Source of the DNA: Octopus vulgaris
Lineage: Eukaryota
Direction of reading: 5' to 3'
Assembly: GCA_951406725.2 (NCBI GenBank)
Contig: OX597824.1
Coordinates: 81,282,001 to 81,346,000 of the forward strand
Length of the DNA: 64,000 nt
The notes under the pieces are model-generated. The model ran no database searches, was not told the DNA's origin, and saw nothing but the letters and a program-made list of their open reading frames with translations. Position numbers and translations under genes: made by a program. Below are positions 44,921-59,731 of the stretch, piece after piece. Each line of letters begins with the position of its first letter. The stretch's first letter is position 1.

Positions 44921-45312
44921 ATATAAATTTTTAGATTATCTGTACAATTTTACAAATTATTCTTTTTTATGCCTTCGTGTTATTAAAAAGCTTGTCTCTG
45001 ATTGGATGAAATTTTTGCACTATGCACTGCTCTTTTGGCAAGGGAGACAAACCGGTCGGGAGGGAGGTGAAGGTTTCATTAGAGAGATATAGCGTAAAGG
45101 CTCTTCATGATTGCCTATCCGCTAAATTTATGGAATTCCTTCACCTCCCTCCCGACCGGCTTGTCTCCCTTGCCAAAAGAGCAGTGCATAGTGCAGAAAT
45201 TTCATCCAATGAGAGACAAGCTTTTAATAATAACACGTCATCATAACAAAATAACACGTAGGCATAAAAAGTATCATTTGTAATATCGTACAGATAATCT
45301 AAAAATTTATAT
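44921..45312. mobile_element. About 390-bp fold-back/MITE-like palindrome
   Basis: atataaatttttagattatctgtac...gcactgctcttttggcaagggagacaa...gggagggaggtgaagg is mirrored on the right. Centre near tcatga at 45105-45110. Confidence 0.85.
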
Positions 45313-45321
45313 ATATATATA

Positions 45322-45650
45322 ATATTAGGGAGTATAACTCCAAACTTACAGGGAAAAATTCAATTTAGTATTAAATTAAATTTCACAATATAAAAATATA
45401 AAATGTAAATTAGAGATAAAACCCCTATTATGCAACTCAAATTTATCCCAGTATCTTATACTAGTATAGATATACACACAAATGAATACCCAAAAAATGG
45501 GACAAGAACACAAAACTTCCAGACAGTTAGATAATACAAAAAGGGACCACAAAACATCCAAACAGATGATAGAAAAGAGGGACAAGAAAAAACACGGACA
45601 GGTCATTCGAAGTTTTCTTTCCTCACTTGAGTTCCAGATTATCTTTGATA
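45322..45650 (-). repeat. Two Penelope-associated terminal fragments
   Basis: 45322-45440 matches 36313-36425. 45490-45612 matches the reverse complement of 14545-14612. Confidence 0.6.
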
Positions 45651-47356
45651 TATATATTTATGAAATAATGTTTATCGTACAATTCGCGTCTCACTGCATC
45701 CCATCGCGACCTTCAGACAATCTCCTCTCCTCGTTAAACGCAATGAAACAAAAATTCAGCAAATGTTCTTCATATTCCCCGTTCTCTACGTCTCTTCTTT
45801 TCTCCCGCTCTTCCTCTCTTTTCGCCATTCCCTCTCTTTTCCCTTGTTTTTTCTCTTCTTGTTTTTCTCTAACAATCTTTCAGTCCTTAAATATTTCTCT
45901 CCCTCTCTTTCTCAGACATTTCTTTGCTTTCGCTTTTTGAAATTCCCTCCTGCAAATTCCACATTTTCATTTTGTTTACGGTTCTTTAAATGTCCCTCTA
46001 ACCCTCCTTTTTCTCATTCTCTGACCCCTTAACCTCTCCCTGTGGTCCTTTCATTTCTGTTTCCTTTTATCTGTTTTCATCTTCCTCTTGTTTACTTTTA
46101 GTTTCTCTCTTTCTCTATCATTCATTCTCTGTCTCCAACCCTCTCTCTATATCATTCCATCTCTCCCCACAACCCAGCTCTTCCTCATTCACTTCATTAT
46201 TTTTTAACTCCCTATTCAATCCTCCCCTTTATATAACATTAACCCTTTCCCTGCTTATGCCATAACAATCTTTACCCCTCAGTCTGTCTCTCTTCCATAA
46301 CATCTCTCTGTAATCCATTCTCCTTTACGCCCAGTTTCAGTATCTTCCCCAGCTCATCCTCGCGTCCACACATCCGCCTCACCTAATATAGTAACCCTAA
46401 TTACATTCCATCCCTATTTCTATTTTTTCTTTGTTTTTCTTCTCCCCTCTCTTTAATTTTGCCGTTTGTTAGAATGAAGTTCCCATGCAACCAGCAATTA
46501 AGTCTTGAAAGCCCTTCTTTGACGCCGGCGAACCCATTGCATATGTGTCCGAATCGAAAGAAGACACATCTTAATCTGGGATTAAATCTCTCTATAGAAT
46601 GCGAGGCCCACCCACCAGTGCACATATCACCAACCCTTATAACTATAACTACCGTCATAGACGCTTTAAACCTCCTCGTTTTTGCTAATTAAAATTAATG
46701 GCGTCTAGCTAATTAATAACTTTATAAAATGTGCTACCACAATCTGAGATAGCTTAATGTTGCATTTGTAGCATTTGGCAGCCATTTGCATTTAGTTACC
46801 ATTTCCTTCGTTTTCCTTTTTCTTTCTGTTATTTTTTTTAACATTCCATAGAATACTTGATTTCTGTTTTGATCATGATCTATTTCTCCTTCCTCTCTCT
46901 CTCTCTCTCTCTTTTCTTTCCTCATTATTTGCACTTCTTCTTCACAAACCCTCATTTTTTTCTCTCTCTCATATCATTCACTGATTCGTTTTTTTAATTC
47001 CCAGTATTCCTTTCTTCTTTCAGTAAATGGTGTTATTTATTTTATTTATTTCTTCTTTATTTGTTACGTAATCATTTATTACTTCACATTGCATGCTAGT
47101 CCAAACTCTCTCTCTCTCTCTCTCATTCTCTTGCTTTCCTTGAAAGGTTTAACAATTTCCACCATCTCTTTCGTTTATTTTCCATGCGTGATCCAATATG
47201 TTCTGCTCACATTAATTTCATTTATACTAAGCATATCTTGGTTACATAAAATGGCTAGAAATTGCAATAATATTGCGCCAGTGACTACTAAACCTGTCTA
47301 AGTAATCACAAAATATTAGGCCACTTACAATAATCTGTAATATTACTTCAGTGCTG

Positions 47357-47570
47357 AAGGCAGCGAGCGGTCACAATCGTTAGCATGTCTGCTATATTTC
47401 TTAGCAAAATTTCGTCCGTCTATATGTTCTGAGTTCAAATTCCGCCAACGTCGACTTTGTCTTTCATTCTCTTGGGGTCGATAAAATAAGAACCAGTTGA
47501 GGACTGGTTTTTATGTAATTGATTTGCCCCTCTTAATGAATTTCAGGCCTTGTGCCTACAGAAGAAAGGA
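47357..47570 (+). mobile_element. SINE family A, diverged
   Basis: ttctgagttcaaattccgccaacgtcgactttgtctttcattctcttggggtcgataaaataag. Confidence 0.8.
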
Positions 47571-47699
47571 TAACTCCTTCAGAGTAAACTCAATAGATAT
47601 GTCTATACTCACAATCAAAGGTATTCTGGGCGAACTTACGCTTACATGCGAATATACACATACGCACATATCCCCACCACACGCAGACATGTTCGTATC

Positions 47700-48032
47700 T
47701 TTTAACTCTTACTTCTTTCAGTCATTAGACTGCGGCCATTCTGGGGCACAGTCTTGAAGAATTTTTATTCAAACGAAACGACCCCTGTACATAAGTTTCT
47801 AAGCCTGGTACTTATTCTGTCAGTCTCTTCTGCCGAGCAGCAATGTTACGAGGACGAAAACATGCCAACGTTGGTTGTTAAACGGTAGTGGGGGACAAAC
47901 ATAGGCACAAAGACATTCCCGCATACACAAACATACGCACACACACATTTCTCTCTCTCTCTTTATGTATATAAGTATAAATACATTTATATATATATAT
48001 ACATATATATATATATACATATATATATACAT

Positions 48033-48123
<91 letters not shown>

Positions 48124-48230
48124 ATAAAATTCAGAAAATGGAGATGTAGCAACAATATAATTTATTAACTGCAGAAATCTACCCAACATATTCTCTTACA
48201 ACTGTTTCAATTCTGGCCAAACATTAAATT

Positions 48231-48305
<75 letters not shown>

Positions 48306-48470
48306 CGTGCTTCTTCCAGTTTCCCTTTGCCAATTCACTCACAAATCTTTGATCGATCCAAGGCTATTGTATAAAACGCGTGCTAAGTTACCTAAGGTGT
48401 CCAAGTTACCACGGATTGGGACTGAAGCCGGAAGCATGTGGTTTGCGAGAAAACTTCTAACTACTCAGCC
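47700..48470 (-). mobile_element. Diverged SINE family C split by an expanded microsatellite
   Basis: Tail half 47700-47915 and head half 48305-48470 lie on either side of TA arrays. Confidence 0.6.
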
Positions 48471-48983
48471 AAGCATCGACCAAAACATATCTCAGCGCTG
48501 ATCTATTTAAACGCTAATAACACTTGATGTTAATTCATACATGAATTATTTTCATCTTGGTTGGAAAATGATGCATACGTTCAAAGATACACAGAAGCAA
48601 ACAGATACAACCACATATATGTATATACATTACTTTTCATCAGTCTTGTAAGGATATATCCGCTTCAGTTATGAAACAACTGTTTGTGACGTGAATAATT
48701 GTTTGTATACTTTACCGCGTAAATATCTATAATCAAACAACACCAGATAGAGGATATTCTCACCGATACAACTAAACTTTAAACAACATACTTTTGTGAA
48801 ACATTTTTATTTTCTGTATGTGGTGCATTGGCGGGCAAAGTTTCTGGTTTGTTTTAGAGACAAAATCATCGAGTCATAGCACTGAATACTTGTTGAAAAA
48901 TTGTGCACTCTGAATGGTAAAAATCTCAGATGGACAAAGATTATTAGAATCATGACTGTATTACATATATGTAAAATCATGTA

Positions 48984-49041
<58 letters not shown>

Positions 49042-49084
49042 TTTGATTTTTCCAGTTTCAGCTAATGAGATGTGGCCATGCTGG

Positions 49085-49180
<96 letters not shown>

Positions 49181-49183
<3 letters not shown>

Positions 49184-49469
49184 TGACGTATTTTTGCCAT
49201 TTCAATATGGCTAACCCCTAAGGGTGGATGCTACTGTAGTTTTTAGCCCCAGGAGGACACACTCCTCCAGCTGGCCATAGACACACTATCTGTGTCCTGT
49301 CAGTATTTGCAAAGGGAAGTCATCCTTCCCGTCTTCAACTTATGATACACACGGACTCGAGTTTCGAGGTATTGACCTCTCGTCAGCGTGTGACAATCAC
49401 AGTTGTCGCCGAGAATTAGATTTCCTTCACAAATACTTATACTTTTTCCAGCGTCCACTGTTCCAGCGT

Positions 49470-49471
<2 letters not shown>
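49181..49471 (-). mobile_element. About 290-bp hammerhead-containing element in (TA)n
   Basis: Non-coding block bounded by TA arrays, containing a canonical hammerhead. Confidence 0.7.
49348..49392 (-). ncRNA. Canonical minimal type-I hammerhead ribozyme
   Basis: Minus strand CACACG-CTGACGA-GAGGT-CAAT-ACCTC-GAAA-CTCGAG-TC-CGTGTG: 6-bp stem I, 5-bp stem II closed by G-C, palindromic stem III and GUC site. Confidence 0.9.
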
Positions 49472-49510
<39 letters not shown>

Positions 49511-49715
49511 CATGTTCATATATGTATATTCATATTAATCATATATGCATATATGTGCGTATATGCATGTGCGTGCATGTGTGTGCGTGTGTATATACGT
49601 TCACATGTATACGTTCATAGAAAATGACAGATACCTGATAGATACGTTGATAAATCGATCGATCGGTCGATAGATAGATAGATTGACAGGGAGTCAGAGA
49701 GATAGACAGACCAAT

Positions 49716-49749
<34 letters not shown>

Positions 49750-49789
49750 GTATCTGTGTGTGTGTATGTATATATAGTTAGCAAGCTAG

Positions 49790-49798
49790 CTAGATAGG

Positions 49799-49896
<98 letters not shown>

Positions 49897-49913
49897 TGTA
49901 GGTAGGTAGATAA

Positions 49914-49992
<79 letters not shown>

Positions 49993-50036
49993 TGAGATAT
50001 GTAGGTAGGTAGGTAGATATATATATATATATATAT

Positions 50037-50115
<79 letters not shown>

Positions 50116-50128
50116 GATAGATAGACAG
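49790..50128. repeat. (GATA)n array
   Basis: Direct. Confidence 0.95.
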
Positions 50129-50675
50129 ATTCCTATACAGTTTGTGCAAGAATAATACATCAAGAGTTTTGTTGGGAGATCAAACTATTGAACAAAAGAT
50201 ATTCTCTCGGTGTTCTCAAACCAGGAAGACAATCCAAAGCTCTTACATTACGAAGTATCAAAAGTGGCCCCATTCACCAAAAAATAAAATAAAATAAAAT
50301 AAGATAGGAAAGAAATGAAACAAACTATGAAATATACATATCTTCTATATTATGAACCGATACATGTAAAAATCTATTGTTGTGTTCTCCTATAAAGAAG
50401 ATGCATTAATAGTGTTTGAAAAATGTACAGGAAATGTATCAATCTTACAATACTGGTTCGTCCATTTTGAATTTTTTCTTTCCTGTTTCGTTCGTTTTTC
50501 CCCTGTGCGCATAATAACTTTGTAGATAATGGCATGAAAGTGGTGCAAAATATTAGTCAGGGCATGTGAATAAGCAATTTTATATACATATGTATATATA
50601 TATATACACATATATACAGACACGTACATATATATACATATATATATAAGTGTATATATATACACAGACATGTAC

Positions 50676-50718
<43 letters not shown>

Positions 50719-50768
50719 AACACATGGCCGAAAACATATAAACATGCTTCCAATTGTCATATACACAC

Positions 50769-50851
<83 letters not shown>

Positions 50852-50855
50852 CATT

Positions 50856-50912
<57 letters not shown>

Positions 50913-50917
50913 CTTAT

Positions 50918-50966
<49 letters not shown>

Positions 50967-51274
50967 TATGTATCAATGGGCGCTCACACGCACGCACGCA
51001 CGCACATACACACACATGTATATATGCACCCAGAAGCAGACGGAAATGAGGAGAAAGAATGAGATAGACATGTCAGGTTGAACACATACAATGGCGTATA
51101 AAGCTACATCACAAATGCAGAGAACATTTCATCGATAATACCACTGCCAGAGGCAAAAACGCTGCAGGTTATATATCGCAAATACTCACGCATACACATA
51201 ATACACTACATCCACCTACCTACATACATACCTATATATTTATATGTATATATATATATATATACATATATGGG

Positions 51275-51323
<49 letters not shown>

Positions 51324-51659
51324 GTATGTATGTTATGGGACAAAGGTCATCGGCCACTTGTGATGTTTCATAGAAACAGATACTCTTACCTATTGGACTG
51401 GTCGATCGCTTCTTAAAGTGTGACGTTGAAAGTAATCGCCATTGTCATGTTATTTATTTTTTTTTTGGCGGTCGCTTACGTGTTATGTTTGATTATGTTG
51501 TTGCTGTTGTAGTTGTTGTAATGCGGTAGCTGTTGCTTGTGCTGTTGTTTTTGTTGTTGCTGTTGTCGTGGTACTTACGATGTTGTTTTTGTTGTTGTTG
51601 TTGTTGGTGGTGGTGTTGGTGGCGGTCGTTGGTCATCGACGTATCATAGATTATTGTAA

Positions 51660-52666
<1,007 letters not shown>

Positions 52667-53607
52667 TGCGGTGGGGTGCATTGAGGTGGTACTGGTAGCA
52701 AATGCATTTGTAGTGCTTCGGTTATTTGTTGCAGCGGCGTGTGCACTCTGCTAATATTGCTGAAAATTATGATCACAATATACTCATAGTACTAGTAGCG
52801 GCGAAGCAGTAGCCGTAGTATTAGTTATTGTTGTTGTTGTTGTAGCAGTTGATAAAAGGTTGTCTTTTATATTTGTTGTTTTACTCCGTTTCTTAAAGTT
52901 CTTTTCCCGTCTACTCTTTTTTCTTTCCCTTCTTCCCTTTTCACTTCCTCCTACTTCTTCATCCCCAACATCCTCACCGCCTTATACCTCCTCTCCTTCT
53001 TTTTTTGTCATTGTTATTCGCAACGTTTGAGGAATAAGCACCCGTCCATGTTCATCGGCATTACAAGTATATTCTCAACGACATCCTTCAGAGAACTACT
53101 TACAGCAATAATCACACATCCTTTCCGTCCAAACACTAACATCAAAACACATGTATGTATGTATGTACGTATGCGTGTGTGTGTTTGTGTATCACTGCTT
53201 ATATATACGCATAAATACATACATGTAAATTATGCATGTATGTGTTTGTGAGTGTGTTTGCGTTTCTGTGTGAAATAAGAAAAAAATATTCAAAGCAAAA
53301 GGAGAAACAACTATAATAAAAAATAAAAATTCTTTTCATCATTGTTACGTTTGTAATGGAAGTTCTAAATCCAAGAAGGAACTAAGGAACTGTCGAATAT
53401 ATATATATATATATATATTTGTTACAAATGGAGATACAAACAAGAAAGGATGTATAAAGGAGGGAAAATAACGAAGTGGACATTTAGATAGAGGCAAGGA
53501 AAATAGGAAACAGAATAAGGAAACGAAAAGAGAAAAAAAAACTGATGAAGAAATAAAACTTCTGTAGAAGATGGAAAAGGGGGAAAAGGGTGATAGAAGA
53601 ATCGTGG

Positions 53608-53682
<75 letters not shown>

Positions 53683-53851
53683 AGAGAGAGATGGGGGTGG
53701 GGGTAATGGGTGAGCAATGAAAAGTCATGCTCGAAACGTCATTTCCATTCCTATTTTTCCATCTAAAAATTTTACTGAGTGTCAATCTAACATATTCACT
53801 TTGTACGTCTAATTGACTTGCGTCGTTCTTGTTTGCTTTTTCTTTTTTAGT

Positions 53852-53914
<63 letters not shown>

Positions 53915-53929
53915 TATATATATATATAT

Positions 53930-53964
53930 GTTTCCGACGAAGAGCTCCGCTCGAAACGTCAAAC
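53930..53964 (+). ncRNA. Minimal type-I hammerhead variant in a Penelope-pLTR-like module (53930-54061)
   Basis: GTTT-CCGACGA-A-GAGC-TCC-GCTC-GAAA-CG-TC-AAAC. U4>C core change, palindromic ACGU stem III, TA-flanked. Confidence 0.65.
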
Positions 53965-54058
53965 CCTCCTTCTTCCCTTCTTTCCTGAGCGTCCAATAAT
54001 ACTTTATTTGTTCCACATCCTTGCGTTGTTGTTTTTTTGTTTTCTTGTTTGGATTAAC

Positions 54059-54133
<75 letters not shown>

Positions 54134-54143
54134 TGTACATATT

Positions 54144-54235
<92 letters not shown>

Positions 54236-54753
54236 TTGTATATACAGAAATGTAGATATGTATACGCGTGTATGCAAAACAACGATGTGTGATTGTCAAT
54301 TATGTGGAAAAATAGAATGAAGCAAAATAAAAATATTGGATTAAATTTTAGATTGATAGGTGGCCATCGAAAACATAGAAATAACTTTAGCTACAGGAAA
54401 ACGACGGGCAACGAGTGTCGGGAGGGGTTGCATATATTTGTATCCGTGCACATGTGTGTGTAAGTGTGTGTGTGTGTCAGTGTGGTTAACTCACACACAC
54501 ACACATACATGTATGGTGACATATATTTTGTAATAAGTAAATAACTTGCACGAGAATTCCTGAACTAACATGAAAATCACTGATTATACCATAGTCCTGT
54601 ATAGTCTTCACATCATTCTGTAGAACGATCATACAGTGTGTGACAGTGCTGTGCCAATTCCCAAAACGGCTTATATACAGCATCTGCGTGCCCAGTTACA
54701 CTTAAAAACGAAAGGGGATGACCTAGTATTATGGAAAAGTTCATTAGAGTAAA

Positions 54754-55060
54754 GGAGGCGCAATGGCTCAGTGGTTAGGGCAGCGGACTCGCGGTCGGAG
54801 GATGGCGGTTTCGATTCCCTGACCGGGCGTTGTGTGTGTTTATTGAGTGAAAAGACCTAAAAGCTTCACGATGCTCCGGCAGGGGGTGCTGGTGACCCCT
54901 GTTGTACTCTTTCGCCACAACTTTCTCTCACTTTCTCTTCCTGTTTCTTGAGTAACGCTGAGATGGACTGGCGTCCCGTCCAGCTGGGAGGAACACATAC
55001 ACCACAGAAACCAGGAAACCGGGCCCATGAGCCTGGCTAGGCTTGAAAAGGGCTGCGTTT
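54754..55060 (+). mobile_element. SINE family B, tail type 2, full length
   Basis: ggaggcgcaatggctcagtggttaggg...ggctaggcttgaaaagggc. Degenerate TSD tcattRgagKaaa. Confidence 0.92.
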
Positions 55061-55371
55061 TATTTATCATTGGAGGAAAATTGTGTTCTGTAATTTTCTG
55101 ACTCTAGGAGGAGGACCATGCCTATGGTCTTTGCAAGCACATCTGGACCGGTGCAAGAAAGGTAGAGAAGGATTACAAAGAAATTATGTTCTGGGGTGAA
55201 AAGGAGAGGGTTTTGTGATTCGACGGGGGCTTGGAGATGATGACAGCAGCATGAACGTAGCCAGATTCTAGGAGTTATAGACAGTTATAGTCGCAGTACA
55301 AAGAGAGAGAGGAGACAAAGAGAAGGAGGTGAACAGCTGATTGAAAATGTCTTAAAAACGGAAAAAGTATT

Positions 55372-55773
55372 TATTTCATTATTGCCCACAAGGGGCTAAA
55401 CATAGAGGGGACAAACAAGGACAGGCAAAGGATTAAGTCGATTACATCGACCCCAGTGCGTAACTGGAACTTATTTAATCGACCCCGAAAGGATGAACGG
55501 CAAAGTCGACCTCGGCAGAATTTGAACTCAGAACGTAGCGGCAGACGAAATACCTATTTCTTTACTACCCACAAGGGGCTAAACACAGAGAGGACAAACA
55601 AGGACAGACAAACGGATTAAGTCGATTACATCGACCCCAGTGCGTAACTGGTACTTAATTTATCGATCCCGAAAGGATGAAAGGCAAAGTCGACCTCGGC
55701 GGAATTTGAACTAAGAACGTAACGGCTAAGCATTTCGCCCAGCGTGCTAACGATTTTCCCAGCTCACCACCTT
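55372..55773 (-). mobile_element. SINE family A, two tandem body units
   Basis: Same unit junction as 4457-4974. TSD-like aacggaaaaa..tatttatt on both sides. Confidence 0.9.
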
Positions 55774-56137
55774 AACGGAAAAAAAATATTATTGGATGAA
55801 TTAATACCAAGTGCGACAACTGTGGATAAAGTATGGGTTGGAACAGTTTTCTTTTTAAAGTAGATCGCTTGGGCCAACGTAGTCGTAATTAGTGTTAATC
55901 AAATTTATTGGTGGCAGTTCTGCCGCTAAAACTAATTATGTTATGCAATCTCTTTTTACATAGCAATTTTTGTTTATATTTCTGTTTTTATTATTGAAGC
56001 TCTGGCGTTTTAATCATTGAATTACAGGAAAGGGGAAAGCAAACAGGTTATTTTGCTATTCCAGCAGTATTTTGTATATCCATTATCACCGTTAATTTCC
56101 AAATTGTTCGAATCCAGTATAAAAGTATAAATAGATA

Positions 56138-56209
56138 CGGGCATATGGCGTAGTGGTTAAGAGTGCCGGCTACTAACCGCAATATTCCGAGTTCGATTCC
56201 AGGCAGTGA

Positions 56210-56213
<4 letters not shown>
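56138..56213 (+). mobile_element. tRNA-derived head running directly into (TAA)n
   Basis: A box TGGCGTAGTGG and B box GAGTTCGATTCC. No acceptor stem. Confidence 0.65.
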
Positions 56214-56252
<39 letters not shown>

Positions 56253-56284
56253 TATAATTATAATTATAATTATAAATAGATATA

Positions 56285-56619
56285 TTAATACGCGCAAAAC
56301 GCTCCCCGTCCAATAGACGGTGCTGAGTTGTCAAACATTTAAACCAAATTTTCCCAAAACAACTTGTCCGACCGTCCCATAGGCCTTCCCTTTGAGAAAC
56401 ACTGATTTAACCTAAATTTGAGACACCAGCAAAAGAAGAAATAATGATAGACTTTTTTCTATTCCAAAGAAAAACGATTTCCCACGGCTTTATCGATCGC
56501 ATTCTCACCTGAAATCGATTTTTGGAATTTTTGCAAGACTTATACACGCCCTGATACCATCGGTATCTACATATCAAATTTGAGCGCAATCAGATGGAGG
56601 ATGCCCGAGATTCTAGAAG

Positions 56620-56655
<36 letters not shown>

Positions 56656-56673
56656 CGGATTTTATATAAGAGA
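56285..56673 (-). mobile_element. Helitron-like non-autonomous element (5' part)
   Basis: Minus-strand start A|TCTCTTATATAAAA followed by (TG)n, like the other two Helitron 5' ends. No 3' hairpin found. Confidence 0.55.
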
Positions 56674-56733
56674 TTTTTACATATATATGTTCGATTATCC
56701 AGAACAATTTTCGTCAGCAGCTATGAGACGCAT

Positions 56734-56776
<43 letters not shown>

Positions 56777-57866
56777 TACACACACAAATACATATGTATG
56801 AACTGTGTAATTCAAACTTTCCGTCTTGTCACATACGATGTTACGGCAGTTTCCCCTACCAATTACATAAAGATCATACGTACCTCTGACATACCTATTT
56901 CGAGATGTCTTATCCTATTTGAAAAGTGGGTTTGTAAAAGATGTGGATAACAAAGTATCTCAATCAGAGACGCGAACCAGCAGCTTCTCATCTTGTATTT
57001 TAATGCTTTATCTACTGTACAATCCGATTGTGGATGCTAGTAAAATTCTCCCCAAAGTTTTGTTAAGAATTTCTGTGGCGTAGATCCAAGCCTCGAAGTC
57101 GTTTCTTTATTTAACGTATTTCAATAAATAACAAGGTCTATTGTTTTGATGGTCCAGTTGATCTGAATAATTGCAGCTTTTACCATCCAAAAGAGAATGT
57201 TGCCTTGAAGCAGGTCTCAGGTAATATTTGCTAAATTTCTATGGATATAGCGCTGACTGTTAACCTCGCCACCACCACTCCAGACCTAGCTTTATTACCG
57301 CCAATACCAACACCAGCCAGTTCTCCCGCAACCACTGCCATTCAAGAATATCTTTGCGACCAACAATTATATTTTTAAGAGTTCGAAAGGGTATGTGTTC
57401 AATTAATTTAAATTAGGTTCGCAATCATATGATATTGCTATAGTTTTCGAATATTGCCTCGATTTCAATAATTGATACTTGCTTAGAAAACTCTTGGACA
57501 AATGTCCGAGTCATTACGATGTTTGTTCTAGCTTTTTCTTTAGTTTTTGTTATGCTGTTATCTTCTTTTCTTTTCTCATTTTTTAAAAATGTCTTCTTTC
57601 CACTGGACAAATGAGTAAAAGTTGATCCTGTCATTTACACCTTCGATGCTTATAGATTGACTGTGTATGATGTGTTTGTGTGTGTATGTGTGTGCGTGTG
57701 TGTGCGCGCGCACATATATACAAATTGCGTATAGACAAAAACGTACACACATATACATACATACATACATAAACATACAGAAATGTAAAGTGTCTGCGTG
57801 CGTATGTATTTGCATTTGTCTGTGTAAAGAGAGAGGGAGAACATAAATAAATACACATTTATAGTC

Positions 57867-57899
<33 letters not shown>

Positions 57900-57954
57900 T
57901 ATATATATATGTATGTATATATATATATGTATATATATATATGTATATATATGA

Positions 57955-57987
<33 letters not shown>

Positions 57988-58062
57988 TGTATATATATGT
58001 ATGCATATATATGTATGTATGTATATGTATGTATATATATATATATGTATATGTATATGTAT

Positions 58063-58126
<64 letters not shown>

Positions 58127-59001
58127 GTATATATACACGTGTGTCCATAAACACATACACGTGTGTGTGTGAATGTGATTGTGCGTGAAACATGGGTTTA
58201 CATTAGTGGCTGAAAAGTATAAACGCTTTGCCTTGCAAACACGTGAGCGATAAGAGTAAGTATCGATCGGACAAGAAAGACTCCGGCTACACATTCATCA
58301 GTGGCTATTCATCTCGTCCGGACTGCTTAGAAAAGCAAAGGGAAATAATCTCCAGCCTACACTGGCCACTTCATGCAATCAATGTTTTCTTAGCCAAGGG
58401 CTTTCACTTGCTCGCTCAGCGTCCATTTTGGTAATAGTCTCACGCCAGTTTTCTTGACCTGAAAAAAATTAACCTTTACCTAATGAAGGTTTACAATCTT
58501 ATACAAATTTCATACGAATATCAGCCATTTTCTTGCCTGGTAACCATTGCAATCTCTTCCATATAAAATCCCTGTGATTATATTATAAATAAACTAGAGA
58601 GGAAAACCACTTAACGCTGTCCAATCTAGCGAGGTTTTTGTGCGTTGCGTTTATTATCATTCGAGATACGCCAGCAAATTGCTTGCATTCATTCGGATGG
58701 ATGTGCAGTTCAGATGCTATTTCAGATATATGTAATAAATAAATAGACAAATAAGTAAATAGATATAGAAATGAAATCACTCAGTCTCATGCGATATGAT
58801 CGTTGAGTTTATAAAGCGAACGTACATACCACCCATGGAGATACGTGTGTGTGTATGTGTACATATATATAGGTAAAAAATTATACATATACACGTACAT
58901 ATATATATATTCATACTTATATAGATAAATACGTTCACATTCAAACACATGCACACAGGTGTATACTTAGATATATGTATACACGTATATACACACACAT
59001 A

Positions 59002-59119
<118 letters not shown>

Positions 59120-59177
59120 AACACATACATATATATATATATGTGTATATAAATATATATATATATATATATGTATA

Positions 59178-59246
<69 letters not shown>

Positions 59247-59261
59247 CTGCTTGTCCCTTCT

Positions 59262-59365
59262 CGAGCCTTGCCTGGCTCATAAGGACCAGTTTCCCGATAC
59301 ATCACCCGGTCTGAGATTCGAACCCGCGTAACTTGATCGCGAGTCCGCTGCTCTGACCACTAGAT
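59262..59365 (-). mobile_element. Deleted SINE family B remnant
   Basis: cctggctcat...gtttccc fused to cccggtctgagattcgaacccgcg...gagtccgctgc. Confidence 0.65.
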
Positions 59366-59574
59366 TGAAATAATTTATTTCGAACGGTGGTTCACAAAGT
59401 AGAGAGTTCTATAAATAACAACACTTAAATAGTGGGTTAAAAATCGTTGGATGAAAATAAGTGACGCCTTTTAGCATCCGAGGCTTTTTGCAACTCCATA
59501 TTTCAATAGTTGCCATTTATTATATAAAGATTTATTTATTTCTTGTTTCACCGTTGAAGGATTTCATTTCATTT

Positions 59575-59632
<58 letters not shown>

Positions 59633-59700
59633 ATAGAGATGCATACATGCATGTATGGATGTCTCTCTCTCTCTCTATATATATATATTTATATATATGC

Positions 59701-59731
<31 letters not shown>

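Noticed and set aside
46401-46690. Possible LINE ORF1 zinc-knuckle remnant (RCVFFRFGH)
   Set aside because: The Cys spacing is incomplete, so the call cannot be supported without a search.
53704-53745. Additional hammerhead (gctcGAAAcgtc)
   Set aside because: The 3' half matches the 53930 family but the CUGANGA core is not recognisable. At most a dead remnant.
55118-55171. Possible 54-bp exon (EEDHAYGLCKHIWTGARK); similar AG..GT candidates near 10106, 13643 and 19767
   Set aside because: Splice signals are weak, there are no recognisable peptides and no consistent chain of exons. Expected by chance.
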